DNA of 64,000 bases from Lingula anatina (Eukaryota > Animalia > Brachiopoda), in contig CM120649.1 of NCBI GenBank assembly GCA_051362555.1, positions 8,804,001-8,868,000 on the forward strand, written 5' to 3'. The first letter of the stretch is position 1; the number at the start of each line of letters is the position of its first letter. Below are positions 1 through 12,510 of this stretch, one piece after another. Under the pieces are notes generated by a model, which had not been told where the DNA came from, did not search any database, and saw only the letters and a program-made list of their open reading frames with translations. Position numbers and translations under genes: made by a program.

Positions 1-155
1 CAATTTCCAATAAACTTAACACTCAAAAAAAGACACAGACAACTGATCAGCTTATGACAGATTTTTATTGTTGTTAAGTATCATTTGTAAAAATTTCAGA
101 AATATTTGACAAGATTTGACAAAATTATTAATGTTTAACTATTTTAAATCATTTA

Positions 156-2751
156 ATTGTACCACCAGCGTTAGCGCTGGCGGTACACATGGTTTCGGTC
201 CCGTCCGGATCGTTCCGCCGGCTCTGCCGGCTCCGTTGGCTCCGCCGGCTCCGCTGGACGGCTACCGTTACCGCTTCTCCTCCTAGACGGTAAGGGCCCT
301 CATACCCATCTCATGGATTTAGGTCACCTATAATCTCAACTCGTTCCACGTAAAATTTGGGCTTTGTCGGTATTGGGGTCTGGGTGTGGCACTCATTGCA
401 ATGCACCCTTGTCTAAAAATGGCAGAATTAAATGCTAATTATCTACCCTACGGAAGGAGTTATGGGAAAAATTTCTATAGACGGCTTTCCAAAAGTCATA
501 TGTGTAGATTTCAAATATATCCTTGGATTTGACCTTTGACCTCTACTTTAAGGTCAAATGGGCCAAAATTTTCAAAAAAATGAAATTTTTTACGAAAAAA
601 ATTTTTTTTGCCCTGTTATTCAGATACCACACAGACTTAACCAATAATATTATTGGAAAGTGTAACCCTTCGTGTCATCTTTCATCTCTGTGAATTTGGG
701 GTCAATCGGTGCATTTTCACGGGAGTAGCGGCCATAAAGTACCGAAACTGAAAACTGTCTCTAATTCGGGAACCGTTAATGCTAGAGACCCATTCTTTTT
801 TGCATTTTGTAGAGCATGTAAAGCCCAACACTAGAAGTGGTCTCCGTTTTTTTGTATTCCATACGGTTTTCAAGTTACGCTGTATCAAAAAGTACATATT
901 GGTGGTAAAAGCAAAATGTGCAGTACGGTAATGGATAATAAATTTTGAACTCTGGAAAAATAATACATAAGGCTTGGCAAAGCAGACAACTTGTGGTCAA
1001 AAATGACATTATTTCATCAAATTTGAACTTCTGAAACTTCAGAGCACCTCCTATTTCAAGAATTTTGACCAAAATGACATTTTCTTTATTTTAATTAATT
1101 TTTTCTGTACGAAATTTAAGGCACATTATGGTAACTCCAAAATTATAACATCTAGTCCCTTATATCTCCAAAACTGGCAGAGATAGGTCCATAGTTACTA
1201 TTGAACTTGAATAGGAAGTCATATACTGGCAATCTAAATGTGACCTTGAAATTGACCTTTGACCTACTTTTCACCATGAACTGAACTTTGCAAATTTTGG
1301 TTCCCTTTTATCTCCAAAACTGGCAGAGATAGGTCCATAGTTACTATTGAACTTGAATAGGAAGTCATATACTGGCAATCTAAATGTGACCTTAAAATTG
1401 ACCTTTGACCTACTTTACACCATGAACTGAATTTTGCAAATTTTGCTTTCCTTTTATCTCCAAAACTGGCAGAGATAGGTCTGTAATTACTATTGAACTT
1501 GAATAGGAAGTCATATACTGGCAATCTATATGTGACATTAAAATTGACCTTTGACCTACTTTTCACCATGAACTGAACTTTGCAAATTTTTCTTCCCTTT
1601 TATCTCCAAAACTGGCAGATATAGGTCCATAGTTACTATTGAAGTTGAATAGGAAGTCATATACTGGCAATCTAAATGTGACCTTAAAATTGACCTTTGA
1701 CCTACTTTACACCATGAACTGAATTTTGCAAATTTTGCTTTCCTTTTATCTCCAAAACTGGCTGAGATAGGTCTTTAGTTACTATTGAACTTGAATAGGA
1801 AGTCATATACTGGCAATCTAAATGTGACCTTAAAATTGACCTTTGACCTACTTTTCACCATGAACTGAATTTTGCAAATTTTGCTTCCCTTTTATCTCCA
1901 AAACTGGCAGAGATAGGTCCATAGTTACTATTGAACTTGAAAAGGAAGTCATATACTGGCAATCTAAATGTGACCTTAAAATTGACCTTTGACCTACTTT
2001 ACACCATGAACTGAATTTTGCAAATTTTGCTTCCCTTTTATCTCCAAAACTGGCTGAGATAGGTCCATAGTTACTATTGAACTTGAAAAGGAAGTCATAT
2101 ACTGGCAATCTAAATGTGACCTTAAAATTGACCTTTGACCTACTTTACACCATGAACTGAATTTTGCAAATTTTGCTTTCCTTTTATCTCCAAAACTGGC
2201 TGAGATAGGTCCGTAGTTACTATTGAACTTGAATAGGAAGTCATATACTGGCATTATAAATGTGACATTAAAATTGACCTTTGTCCTACTTTTCACCATA
2301 AACTGAACTTTGCAAATTTTGCTTCCCTTTTATCTCCAAAACTGGCAGAGATAGGTCCATAGTTACTATTGAACTTGAATAGAAAGTCATATACTGGCAA
2401 TCTAAATGTGACCTTGAAATTGACCTTTGACCTACTTTTCACCATGAACTGAATTTTGCAAATTTTGCTTCCCTTTTATCTCCAAAACTGGATTCAAGTC
2501 ATATACTGGCAATTTACTGTGACCTTGAAATTGACCCTTGACCTACCTTACGAAGAATTTAAATTTGATTGTACCATATATATTTTTTGCAATAGTTTAA
2601 AAATTCTTGTTGATTGCATTTTTAAAGCTTGTCAAGCACAAAACTGGTGGCTGTGTCCCTTATTTTGTGTATGTGGGGGTCTATACGAATGCGCTTGCTC
2701 CAGCTGGTGGTACAATATTTGGAGGCGGTATCGCCTCTCTGATCCTCTAGT
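156..2751 (+). mobile_element. Helentron-associated non-autonomous element (HINE/DINE-type), family 1, with internal 146-bp satellite
   Basis: 5' subterminal IR ttgtaccaccagc (157-169) pairs locally with cgctggcggtaca (175-187) and distally with gctggtggtacaa (2703-2715). A GC-rich short-repeat tract follows (ccggctcc, about 200-275). A 3' hairpin gaggcg-gtat-cgcctc (2722-2737) precedes the CTAGT end. Flanks are T-rich with no TSD. This is the known HINE/DINE-1 layout. Confidence 0.85.
1163..2550. repeat. Tandem satellite, 146-bp monomer, 9 full copies plus degenerate tail
   Basis: tctccaaaactgg recurs at 1165, 1311, 1457, 1603, 1749, 1895, 2041, 2187, 2333 and 2479, an exact period of 146. 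Confidence 0.97.
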
Positions 2752-2819
2752 TTACCAGTGTTTTCAGTGTAATTTTTCAGTTTTCTCAAATATAACGTCT
2801 AAAGAAAATACTTTTCATC

Positions 2820-2917
2820 AGACACAGTCAACTGATCGGCTTATGACAGATTTTTATTGTTGTTAAGTATCATTTGTAAAAATTTCAGAAATATTTGACA
2901 AGATTTGTCAAAATTAT
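2820..2917 (+). repeat. About 97-bp direct repeat of positions 31-128
   Basis: agacacag.caactgatc.gcttatgacagatttttattgttgttaagtatcatttgtaaaaatttcagaaatatttgacaagatttg.caaaattat occurs at both sites with few mismatches. Confidence 0.9.
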
Positions 2918-2920
2918 CGT

Positions 2921-3069
2921 CCAAAGAACAAGAGATAGTATGAGGCAAAGGAAGGAAAGAATGTGGTAGTATTTCAATTAGAATGAGGAATGAAAGTTCT
3001 GAAGAAAAACTTTCATAAGGTTGGGTGGAAAAGTGGCAAGCTAGAGACAGATTGGATTGGACCATACAG
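2921..3069 (+). pseudogene. Decayed Ginger1/Gypsy-type integrase C-terminal fragment (GPY/F motif)
   Basis: Manual translation through one stop and one frameshift gives KNKR*YEAKEGKNVVVFQLE/GMKVLKKNFHKVGWKSGKLETDWIGPY, resembling the GxKL...WxGPY motif. It ends at a donor-like ag|gtaaat (3070). Confidence 0.5.
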
Positions 3070-3737
3070 GTAAATCATAATCATCATCCACTTGTTCACT
3101 TATTCAATGCATATATTTTTGTCATATTTCATACAATTTTGATTAAAATTAAATTCAAAGGAAGAACAACTGTTCATTTTGTCCAAAAACCAGATTTTCC
3201 TAGGGTAAACAATTTTCTATACTGTTAATGACTCCATTCTGACATTCAAAGTTAGTATAGTCCATGTTTTTTGTAAGAATCATATCATGAAGGTCCATCT
3301 CGTCAGATGGCAAGCACAGATTCAAGAATAATAGTAATAATCACTGTTTTGGTGGTAAAGTGTTATTCATTATAATTCTAGGAAGTATTTACAATGTTTT
3401 TATTGTGAAATATTAATTGCATAAAAACAGTTGTTATTTCTTAATTTTGACTTAAAGATACAGATATTAGTAGTATATTGGGGGTGGGTGCAAAATAAAA
3501 TGTAGCTAGCAATTCAGCATGTCAAAATAAACATTATCAAAGCTCTATAGTACCACTGTGGCTTGCTTGCATACAATTCTCGTAATACATGTAATACTTC
3601 TAGGGTAAAAAAAATGGACCAGAAGCAGAATGGAAGGGAAAGAGCTTAAAACCAAGGTGCCTTAGTTATATTCACTTGAAACCATACACAGAAGGTTAGT
3701 TACTTATTCCATCTATGCTTGTCTCCATCTAGACTAA

Positions 3738-3984
3738 GACTGGATTCCCATACTTAGATCGATCTATCTGGATCGACCTAACTTCCTGGGGATTCACGCT
3801 AAATTGCAGTCAGCTCAAGAGGCTGAAATGTCTGTCACACTTACCGAATCAGCTAGGGGTAAAGGTAATTACCCCCTAACAGTTTTACTAGGCGTGACAG
3901 ATGTTTAATCCGGTTAGTTTGATAGCAATTTAGTGAGACTTCCCAGGGAGATAGATCGATCCAAATATCTGTGGGAATGGTCCC
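3738..3984. mobile_element. Palindromic MITE, PIF/Harbinger-like (TAA flanks)
   Basis: The whole element is an imperfect foldback centred near 3870, with TAA on both sides (3735-3737, 3985-3987). Related copies lie at 38792-39042 and 40303-40418. Confidence 0.7.
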
Positions 3985-5369
3985 TAAGTTTGCTGATGTA
4001 GTTAAAGTAAGGCTACATTCCTGCTTGCATAATTGCATACTGTAACAATAGAATTTATGAATAGAAAACCTTTCACTAAATCGTATGGTAACTAATTGTT
4101 AATTGCTTCTTGATATACTGAAAATATTAGCTGAACAGTTTCAAGGTAGGATATTGCATGTAGGTTTTACTGAACGTTGCTTGGTAATTGTAATACAACA
4201 AATGTGTAGTTAAAGAATTCACACCCTGTCCCCTGACATAATTTTTGTAGTGTACCAACATAACCAATTGTTTTGTCCTTTTCAGAGGTTTGGAAAACAC
4301 CATGACCAAGCCAAAGTGTTTTTTTTTTTTTTTTTTAATTGTTTAGATTTTTAGGTTTTAAATGGTCATGACCACTCTCTTATGTGATTTAGAGATTTTA
4401 TTTTTGTCCGCCTGTAGCTTTAAATTTATATCAGAAAATTCAGATATTACTTTTGCCTTGTAAGCAATGTTAAAACCAAGTTCATTGGGATGTTTTAAAG
4501 CCAAACTGTCTGGGATTTGACATGCATAGATTCTCTTTGTAATATGTAATCTGAACAGTAAAAAAGTGTGTTTAACCATTCGCAATGTGGTTCCAGTATC
4601 TACTTTAAAGTTAAAATACCTGCTCAACAAGAGGTCTATCATATACTTCAGTTGGTACAATTGCTGCAAATATATGCAATTCAGCACAGGCCAATCTGTA
4701 TATTTATGACCTTGATGGAAGTGTTAATGTCAAAAGGAATGTATTTATGGAATGGATTTGAATACTCTCTTTATTAATCATGCCAGTGCAAAGGATATTA
4801 AGGACATTATGTGTGAGGTGTTGGATACAAACTATATAACCACTGCTGTTTGGAAATCTTTTAAGACTGATCATTCTGCATAAACAGAGACTGACTGATC
4901 ACTCTGCATAAACAGAGACTGAATACAACAAACCACTAGTACAAACCAAAGGACTTAAACATTTGCCTTGATCTTGCTTTACACTATCAGGTGGGAAAGG
5001 CAATATGTTTTCAAATGTTTGATATTAATTGGATGTCTGTTTGTGCCCTTAGATTGCTGTATTCAATTTACCTGTATATTGTATATAGTTCATTCCTGAA
5101 CAACTAATTCTAAAGTATAGACATTGTTTGTATTTGTACTGAGTTAAGGAAAACTTGTTTCACAATAAATCTTTGTAAATCAACCATTTCTTCAATTTTG
5201 GAATTATTATTATTTTTAAAATTTGTTTAACATTGTAGTGACAATGCATGTAGAGTACCCGGTACTTGATAAACAGCATTAATAGGGACGTGACAATAAA
5301 TTATAAGCATATTTTACATATAAATCAAATAATTAAGATCTACCATGACAGAAATACATAGATAAGTAA

Positions 5370-5600
5370 CCCTTAGCAAAATTTAAAAAGTGTGCAGCAC
5401 ATATGCTGCAAATTTACTGCACATGTACAGCACACTCTAGAGTGTGCAGTAGACAGCTTTGGGGAGCGTGCAGAAGTGTGCAGTAAAAATCTTGCTGCAC
5501 ACCTACTGCACACTTCCATGAGTACAAACGGTGTGCAGAAAGTGTGCAAGAGACTTGGTATTTCAATAGAAGCATGAGGACAGTGTGCAGTAAACTTAAA
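5370..5600. mobile_element. Degenerate DNA-transposon end with repeated tgtgcag subterminal motifs
   Basis: Starts with ccc. Many tgtgcag/ctgcaca motifs occur in both orientations. No second terminus was identified. Confidence 0.3.
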
Positions 5601-6260
5601 ATTTGATCAGGAGTTTGCCACAAATGTACAGGAAACTTTAAAATTTTAATATAAGTTGTGTGTGTTGAGTGCACGGCAAACTAAATTTCTTCGGGATTAT
5701 GCTATTTTAGTGTGTAAAAAACTCATCATTTAAAAAGTGTTTAATGTACCGATACAAGATATATGTACTGCCATTGACAATTATGCAAACAAAATACTTT
5801 AATACACATTTTACTTTTATAACCATCAATAAGAAAGAATCTATGTTTTAATAGAATTTTATTGTCATATGAGCTATATTTATGATGCAGGCCAGATAGA
5901 AATCCATCCAGATTTTAAATCACCCTAGGCCAAATTAAAATCTATTCAGATTTGGGCATATGCGGTTTTAGCTTTTGCTTTGAAAACAAACTGCCAAATT
6001 AGTCCAACAAACAAATCAATTACATTACGAAAAGCTAGTTATAAAGTATATTTTTCTAACAAACAATGGTGTTTACCTCACTCAAAGTATGAGAAAAAGT
6101 CAAGGGCAATATAAGTTTAACAACCTGTAAAGGAAAAAATTACTAATGAACCCTTTAAATTCATTCACTAAATCACTTATGCAAAGCCATACCCACCACT
6201 AAAATTTAAGATTATTTTAAGGATGTATCAAAAACAGTCATGAAATCTAGGATTATGGTA

Positions 6261-6555
6261 AACTAGAAAAGCACTCCGAGAGCGCAGACCTCCGCCAAGG
6301 CAGCAAAGTCTCTACCCAATGCCGTTTCACCCCTAAATTTTCATTCTATAATGATTTAGTTTTTTATTTTTGATTATTGATTGATTATTGATCCGGATCA
6401 CCACCAAAAACTAATAATCTGTTCCTTGGCCCACTTCTGACAGTTCCTGAAAATTTCATCAAAATCAGTTCATGATTTTTTGAGTTATGTTGATGACAGA
6501 CAGACAGACAAACAAACAAACAGGGGTGAAAACATAACCTCCTTGGCAGAGGTAA
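6261..6555 (-). mobile_element. Short HINE-type element, family 2, complete
   Basis: The minus strand reads ttacctctgccaaggaggttatgttttc, then a (gttt)n(gtct)n microsatellite, then the 3' subTIR ccttggcggaggt, a hairpin gcgctctcggagtgc and a CTAGTT end. Confidence 0.85.
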
Positions 6556-6910
6556 TTGAACATGACTCCTACTAGCATAATCTTGACTTTGCTATTTAAT
6601 TATCACCAAAAGATAAAAACACAGTATATAATGTATTTTTACTATTTTTATGATGATATTCACTTCATATTTCTACTAATATATTGAAAGGTCAACCTTA
6701 TCTAGTCAGATTTTTTAAAAACTTGTCAAATTATTGCCAATAAATTCGACCAAATGCCACCATGTATAGTTTCATATAGAATTAATTCAAGAAACAACTC
6801 GGGTTTCAGAACTAGAGGAACGGATAAGAGTATCAAGTTTGCGCCCAGAAATATAATAAATGTGCAGTTTTAAAGCTTTTGTTCGGCTGATTGGCAGATA
6901 AATTACATTG

Positions 6911-7115
6911 TACATCCGCCAAGGAGGTTATGTTTTCACCCCTGTCTGTCTGTCTGTTTGTTTGTTTGTCATCAACATAACTCAAAAAGTTAAGGACCGA
7001 TTTTGATGAAATTTTCAGGGTAGGTGGGAAATGGGTTAACTTAGAAGTGATTAGTTTTGGTGGTGATCCGGACCAATAATCAATCAATAATAATAATAAA
7101 AAAATTGCTGCCTTG
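6911..7115 (+). mobile_element. Second family-2 HINE copy, 3'-truncated, inverted relative to 6261-6555
   Basis: Reads ccgccaaggaggttatgttttcacccctgtctgtc... and is collinear with the reverse complement of the first copy. It stops at gctgccttg. Confidence 0.85.
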
Positions 7116-8782
7116 TACATTTTCTGTGTTACAGAGAATGTACAGAGCGGCTTTCTTCTTTGTTATGCGTCTTTAAAAGAAAAAACAAAGCACTTATTTT
7201 AAAAATAAAAATGTTAGAAATACCTGTACAAACCTTTGTCGCCACAACTCTAGTGTTAAATATTTACAGTGCTATAGCAATAGGCGACAGCATGTTTTAA
7301 TTGGGATGCGTTAATAATAATAATAATCTCATTCATTTGGAGTGAAAGTCTATGGACAAAACAAGATGGTTTGTTTGTGCAATAACCTGATAGATTGCGT
7401 TAAGTGTCTTCTCTAACACAATCCCACGACAGTGATACTATTATGTAACCAGGTGAGCATTTTGGTGAGAGGTATTCAGATAGGACCAAGGTCAGTAGGA
7501 AGAGGAAGAAGCTTCATGTGCCACATTGCCACGATTACCACACGTAGACTGAAATTTTGGCACTAAGAACTGATGTAGTTTGTTGTAAGTACTGTATACA
7601 TGATATAAGGCAACACTGATCGGTTTATGTTGACGATATTTTATCAGAAAGAATGCATATCCCTCTTCAGTTCAGGTGTAATGGCTCTTGGATATATTGA
7701 TTGACATAAATGCCAAAATGAGCTTGAGTTAAATAACTTCTTATGTTGCTTTTTCCAGAAGGACAGCATTTGCTCATAGAGAAGTGAGAAGATTATTCCA
7801 GCCGCCCAAAGGTCTGAACTCGTTATTACGTCTTAAACAAAGCAAGACTCAAAAGCAGGTAACTACCGGTACATTCTCAGCTCCCAATGGGTGCCTTTTT
7901 CATCTTACAACAGCGGCTTGTACAAATATATACTGTTTATTAAAGTTAACTGACAATAAACCGGTGGTTTTCTACAGAACTAGCCGCGACCAGGAAAGCG
8001 AACGTACATTTATTTGCTGAGCACTTTCAACCTCCGTTGATTCAATTTTCATGATTTCAATTTCATACCATCCTTTATATTACAATCTGGAATAAAATGC
8101 TCGAACAAAGTATCTGATTTTTAAAGAAATTGAGCTAAAATGCTAGTGTTCGGGTTACGAAATTATTTAAGTGGGTTAATCGGAATAAAGTAATTGGTAA
8201 AATCATTATTTTTCTGTCTATAAAAGCAAGGAGTTATAACTCCTTGATAAAAGTGAAGTGGTTTTAATAATTACATGTAGCAATAAAATGCTTAATTTAT
8301 GTCAGACTACTCACAAAATAAGCAATATAATGCATAAATAAAGCAAGAGAAAAACCAAACACTTTCTGCATCCCTGTGCTCTGTAAACCACATGTTAATT
8401 GTCATTGACCAGTGTTTTATGTTATCCTACAGAACCGAAACAATTTAATATTACTACATTGTAACCCCGGTCCCCGCATTTACAAAATCCTGAATTATCA
8501 TTATCAAAACTAGGCTTTCTGTCAAATGTTTATATTTATCTACTTTTAATTCCGCAAATATATAAAGTTTTTACGGCCGGTTTTCTGTTTTTATGGTAAA
8601 ATTATCTATGTGGGCAAATATGCAGTCTCCATCAAAATACTCCTCGTGGAGGGATATGGCTTAGCAAAGATAGAAAAAATTAAAGATTAGTATGCTGACG
8701 TGTAACAGTGTGTACAGGGCATGCAATAGTAATAATGTCGTTATAAAGTGTATTATTGTATAGAACGTGTAGGTTCAATTTA

Positions 8783-9005
8783 TACCCCCTTTACACTGGA
8801 CGGCGTTCTTTCTGCGTCCTTTCGGCGACCATGAAATTTGGCATCGCTGTGGTCGTAATAAGGAGGCACGAGCATTGATTTTGTATCAGAATGAATGCTC
8901 AATGATCGGCCAGTTGTCGGCACGTAAAGTATTATAATTTTTTAACTCTCAAATGGGGCCGTACTGCTGGACGCAGAAAGGACGCCGTCCAGTGTAAAGG
9001 GGCCC
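8783..9005 (+). mobile_element. PIF/Harbinger-like MITE, internal-deletion derivative of 35475-36632
   Basis: About 35-bp TIRs (cccctttacactggacggcg..ctttctgcgtcc / ggacgcagaaaggacgccgtccagtgtaaagggg), with TTA on both sides (8780-8782, 9006-9008). Confidence 0.88.
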
Positions 9006-11870
9006 TTACCTAGTACATAGCTATTCTTATGATATGATTTCTGTGTCTCTTAATGCATACTGAAATGGATCGGTGTTAAGATTATATTTCATTTTAAGAA
9101 TTATTAGCTATAGTTTCTTGCATGTGGATTTCGTATAATTTATTTCATTTTTCATTTACTTTCAGTGTCTCGTAACAACCGTCTTACGATGAAGTTGGAC
9201 GCACTCCCAGCAAAGACATCAGATTCGTGTTCGCCAGCGCCCGCACCCATGTCAACGTTGTCTTGCGTTTGTTGTATAGTCAACTTGCAGGGTTGACATT
9301 TGATTTAGTTTGAAATGTTATGATTGCTTTGGGTTGTAATATTCTGCATCAAACCGTGTATCAAATGAAGTACAGCTTGTAACGAGTGGTTTATTCATGA
9401 AACTTCTAATAAAATGGACTAAATCCAAGCTTCAACCCTGCACGTCGCTAGTATATTATTATACATATCTAAATAAGCTGTAATACAGCACTCTATCCGC
9501 ACACATACCCATCAGTTTTCGAATCTGAAACGACACTTTTGAAGTTATCCTAAAACAAAACAAAAAAATCCCTTGCTTAAGTGATCTATGAAAATAAAAT
9601 TAATTGCAAATTTATCATTAAGTGATGTGCAGGTAGAGCACTGTGCTAGTACGACCGATTCAATGTTTTACTGTAAAATTATATGTGTGGGCAAATGTGT
9701 AATAAGACGCTTTGTTATGCAATCGAAAATGCATGTTTATTCATATTAAATTGGATACAAATATAGATTTTAATGAAGCTAACTTAAGAAAAAAATTAGT
9801 CGCGACTCCATTACGTAAAATGCCTACAAGAGTTTTATTGTGGGTTCTTTGGAAAAAATGAACGAGATGTAAATCTACAATAAACTGTAAACGCCAAATA
9901 TGACACTTATGAAATTGTAAAATGTGCTCAAGTTATTGCAGAATTGCCCACACGTATTGAAACGGGTCTTTTTGAAATTGTGAATATGCGGTTATGACGC
10001 ATGGTAAGAATAAACTTCCTTTGGTTCCGGGTGTTTTGATGTACTAGTAGTGTGTCTGATCAGTGATAGACCTATAGTTTTATTACTGGGAGGGGGGAAA
10101 TTTTTGTATTTTCAGAAAATCAAACCAGGGGTTGGGTTAGTTTTTTTGGAAATTAATAAGCTTTTGTTATTGAAGAAGGAAAATTAACTTTTTACCTTCA
10201 TTACAAGGCGGATATCCTCACAAAGAGAAACAGTGAATAGTAGAAATTGTTTCCTTTTGCTTCAAATAAAATGTATATGTAGGACTGGCTTTTATCGCAT
10301 CTTTTACAACTTGACATGTTAAAAAATCCTTATCAAATTCGTATCAAAAATTACAGTTGTCGAAAAGATCTGTTTTGGGGTAATGGATATTTCCTAGTAA
10401 TTAAACGAACTTTTGTAGACTGTCAACTTTTGTCAATCCACTAAAAACACGAAATTGGTCCGTTAATCGCCAATTTACTGACTTATCGTCTAAAAATCCT
10501 TTTTCTTTTGTAATTTTTTTTTTTTTTTTTTTTGTCTAATCAAATATGAAAAGTCAAAATATTATCAGAAAAATGACACTTTGATTGGTTCGAGTAAGTT
10601 TTACACAAACTTGGAAGTTCAGTGTTTTATTTAATGTTGATCTTGCACTTGGTACTTTCTTAATTCTGTTTTGCGGTCGGGATCAAGTGGTGATTGAAAA
10701 CAAAAGGCCCGATTAGGTGCCAGTCCTGCAGTGCTGTTGGGTTATTTTTACTGAATGTTTCTTGATCACTGAGCACCAGAGATCTTTGAGTCTATTAGCA
10801 TTTTCTGAGTAAATGTGATTAGTTGATTTAATTTAACCGGTTTTCGCATACCTTTTCAATTTTGTTTACATATTGTTCTTTAAAAATGACTATGACTAGG
10901 ATAAGGTTGTAAACTGACCATGTCTTCATGCTGTTTTTGATTCGCACGACGCATACATTTAATTGTTCACTCAAAATTGTGCCATCAAAATCCTATTTTA
11001 AGATTTAAAGAAAAGAAAAGATGACGCAAAATATGAGGTACACATTTATTTATCTATGAGAAAAGCACTCATCAAATTTGCATAATTGAATAATGTTTGA
11101 CTGCTGTTTGGTGTTGTGTGTGATCATCAGCATGGCGACATAGAAGAAGTTGTGGTGTCATGAGTGTGTACCCGCGTGCGGGGGGGAACGCTTACATGAG
11201 ATCATATGCATTTTAAATTTTCAATTTGATAACACCTTTGCCTTTGGATAAAAATGCCCCTCGGTGAAATTTTGTATCAGTCACAAGACTAATACACCAA
11301 TGTCAACTTTGAACAATGGCTGTAAAATACTTCACGTCAAATCTTCAACTTTCTCGTCGCAGCAAAAACCTGAGAATTTCTTGTTCTGGTCAGTATTATG
11401 TCGTCTCGTATGTAGTGTTCTTGAACACTTTTTCAAAACCAAAACGATTGATCTTGAGCGACAATTTTCAAAATGCATAGAACCTCCGACACATTTAGTT
11501 ATAGATAGTTGTATTTAAGCTTGATTTACATCTCGAAATGCAAAGTCGTTATAAAAATTACGTTATGTATGGGTTTTGCATACATCTGTATAGTGGAATT
11601 ACTTGTATTTGTTATAATAAACGTACATAAAAGTTGTAAGATATGTAGTTAAAAAATGTGCAAAATGTCATTCCTGACTTTCTTTTCTTTAGCTCGAAGC
11701 GAACCTTTGTTTATTAACTGAGTCTTCTTCTTGGTCTGTCGCCTTACCCACTGAGCCACTGCCCCAACTTACTTTTTCCTCATTCGTATGATCCTCTTGT
11801 AGTAGTCTAAATTGTTCATTTGGGTTTATTTTTTGTAAAAGGTAATTTGCTAGGACCTAGAAGCGCCAGG

Positions 11871-11925
11871 AATCGAACTGGGGACCTTCTGTCTCAGAGG
11901 CAAGCGCGTTACCTACTTCTCTAAG
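11871..11925 (-). mobile_element. tRNA-like SINE head or decayed tRNA
   Basis: The minus strand reads ...ggtaacgcgcttgcctctgagacagaaggtccccagttcgattcctggcgc, with a B-box (gttcgattcc) at tRNA-like spacing. No intact cloverleaf. Confidence 0.5.
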
Positions 11926-12374
11926 TGTTCCCACCCACCCTCCCCGGGCAGACTTTCTTCTTATAGTAACCGAAGAAAAATTTTGATAGCACCCCTTTGT
12001 AATTCCAAAGTGCCCAAGCTAGAAATCGGACCCCAACCCCAGGCTACCACTGAGCCGTGTAGCCATCAGGAAAACACTAAGACATTTTGTATATTCAGTA
12101 AGTTTTTTTATTAAGAACAATTCAAATTTATTTTACTGTATTCAGTTATTAATAAAACATGTATCTATAAAACATCATTGTCGTAAGTCTTTTTATTACT
12201 GCAAATATCTGTGAGAATATGATTGATGTCTGCATTTAAATTCACTTAAAAGTGTAAAAATATAACATTCTTATCTATTCGACTTGACAAATAAACTGTC
12301 TACCACATAAATGGTCTTATGTTTGATCTTAATGAAACGAACAAAATCTTTCAACTTCTTCTTAAAAAAAAAAA

Positions 12375-12510
12375 CAATGGTGGATCTAGTCTCCGCCCTC
12401 CCCGAGGAGAGAGACCCATTCTGGACTCACATGATCAAGTCCTCGAAAGAATCCATCACGCCCCAAATGTCAACACTTTTCCCCTTTAAAATTTCCTGGA
12501 TCCGCCATTG
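12375..12510. mobile_element. Small hAT-like MITE
   Basis: TIR caatggtggatctag / ctggatccgccattg (13 of 15 match). No clear TSD. Confidence 0.5.

Noticed and set aside
1264-2299. Repeated 86-101 aa ORFs on the minus strand
   Set aside because: They are translations of the 146-bp satellite. The period is not a multiple of 3 and the peptides cycle through frames.
7440-7680. Possible highly decayed L2/CR1 RT piece on the minus strand (KPISV...KLHQFLVPKFQS)
   Set aside because: The similarity is too weak to call by eye and needs blastx.
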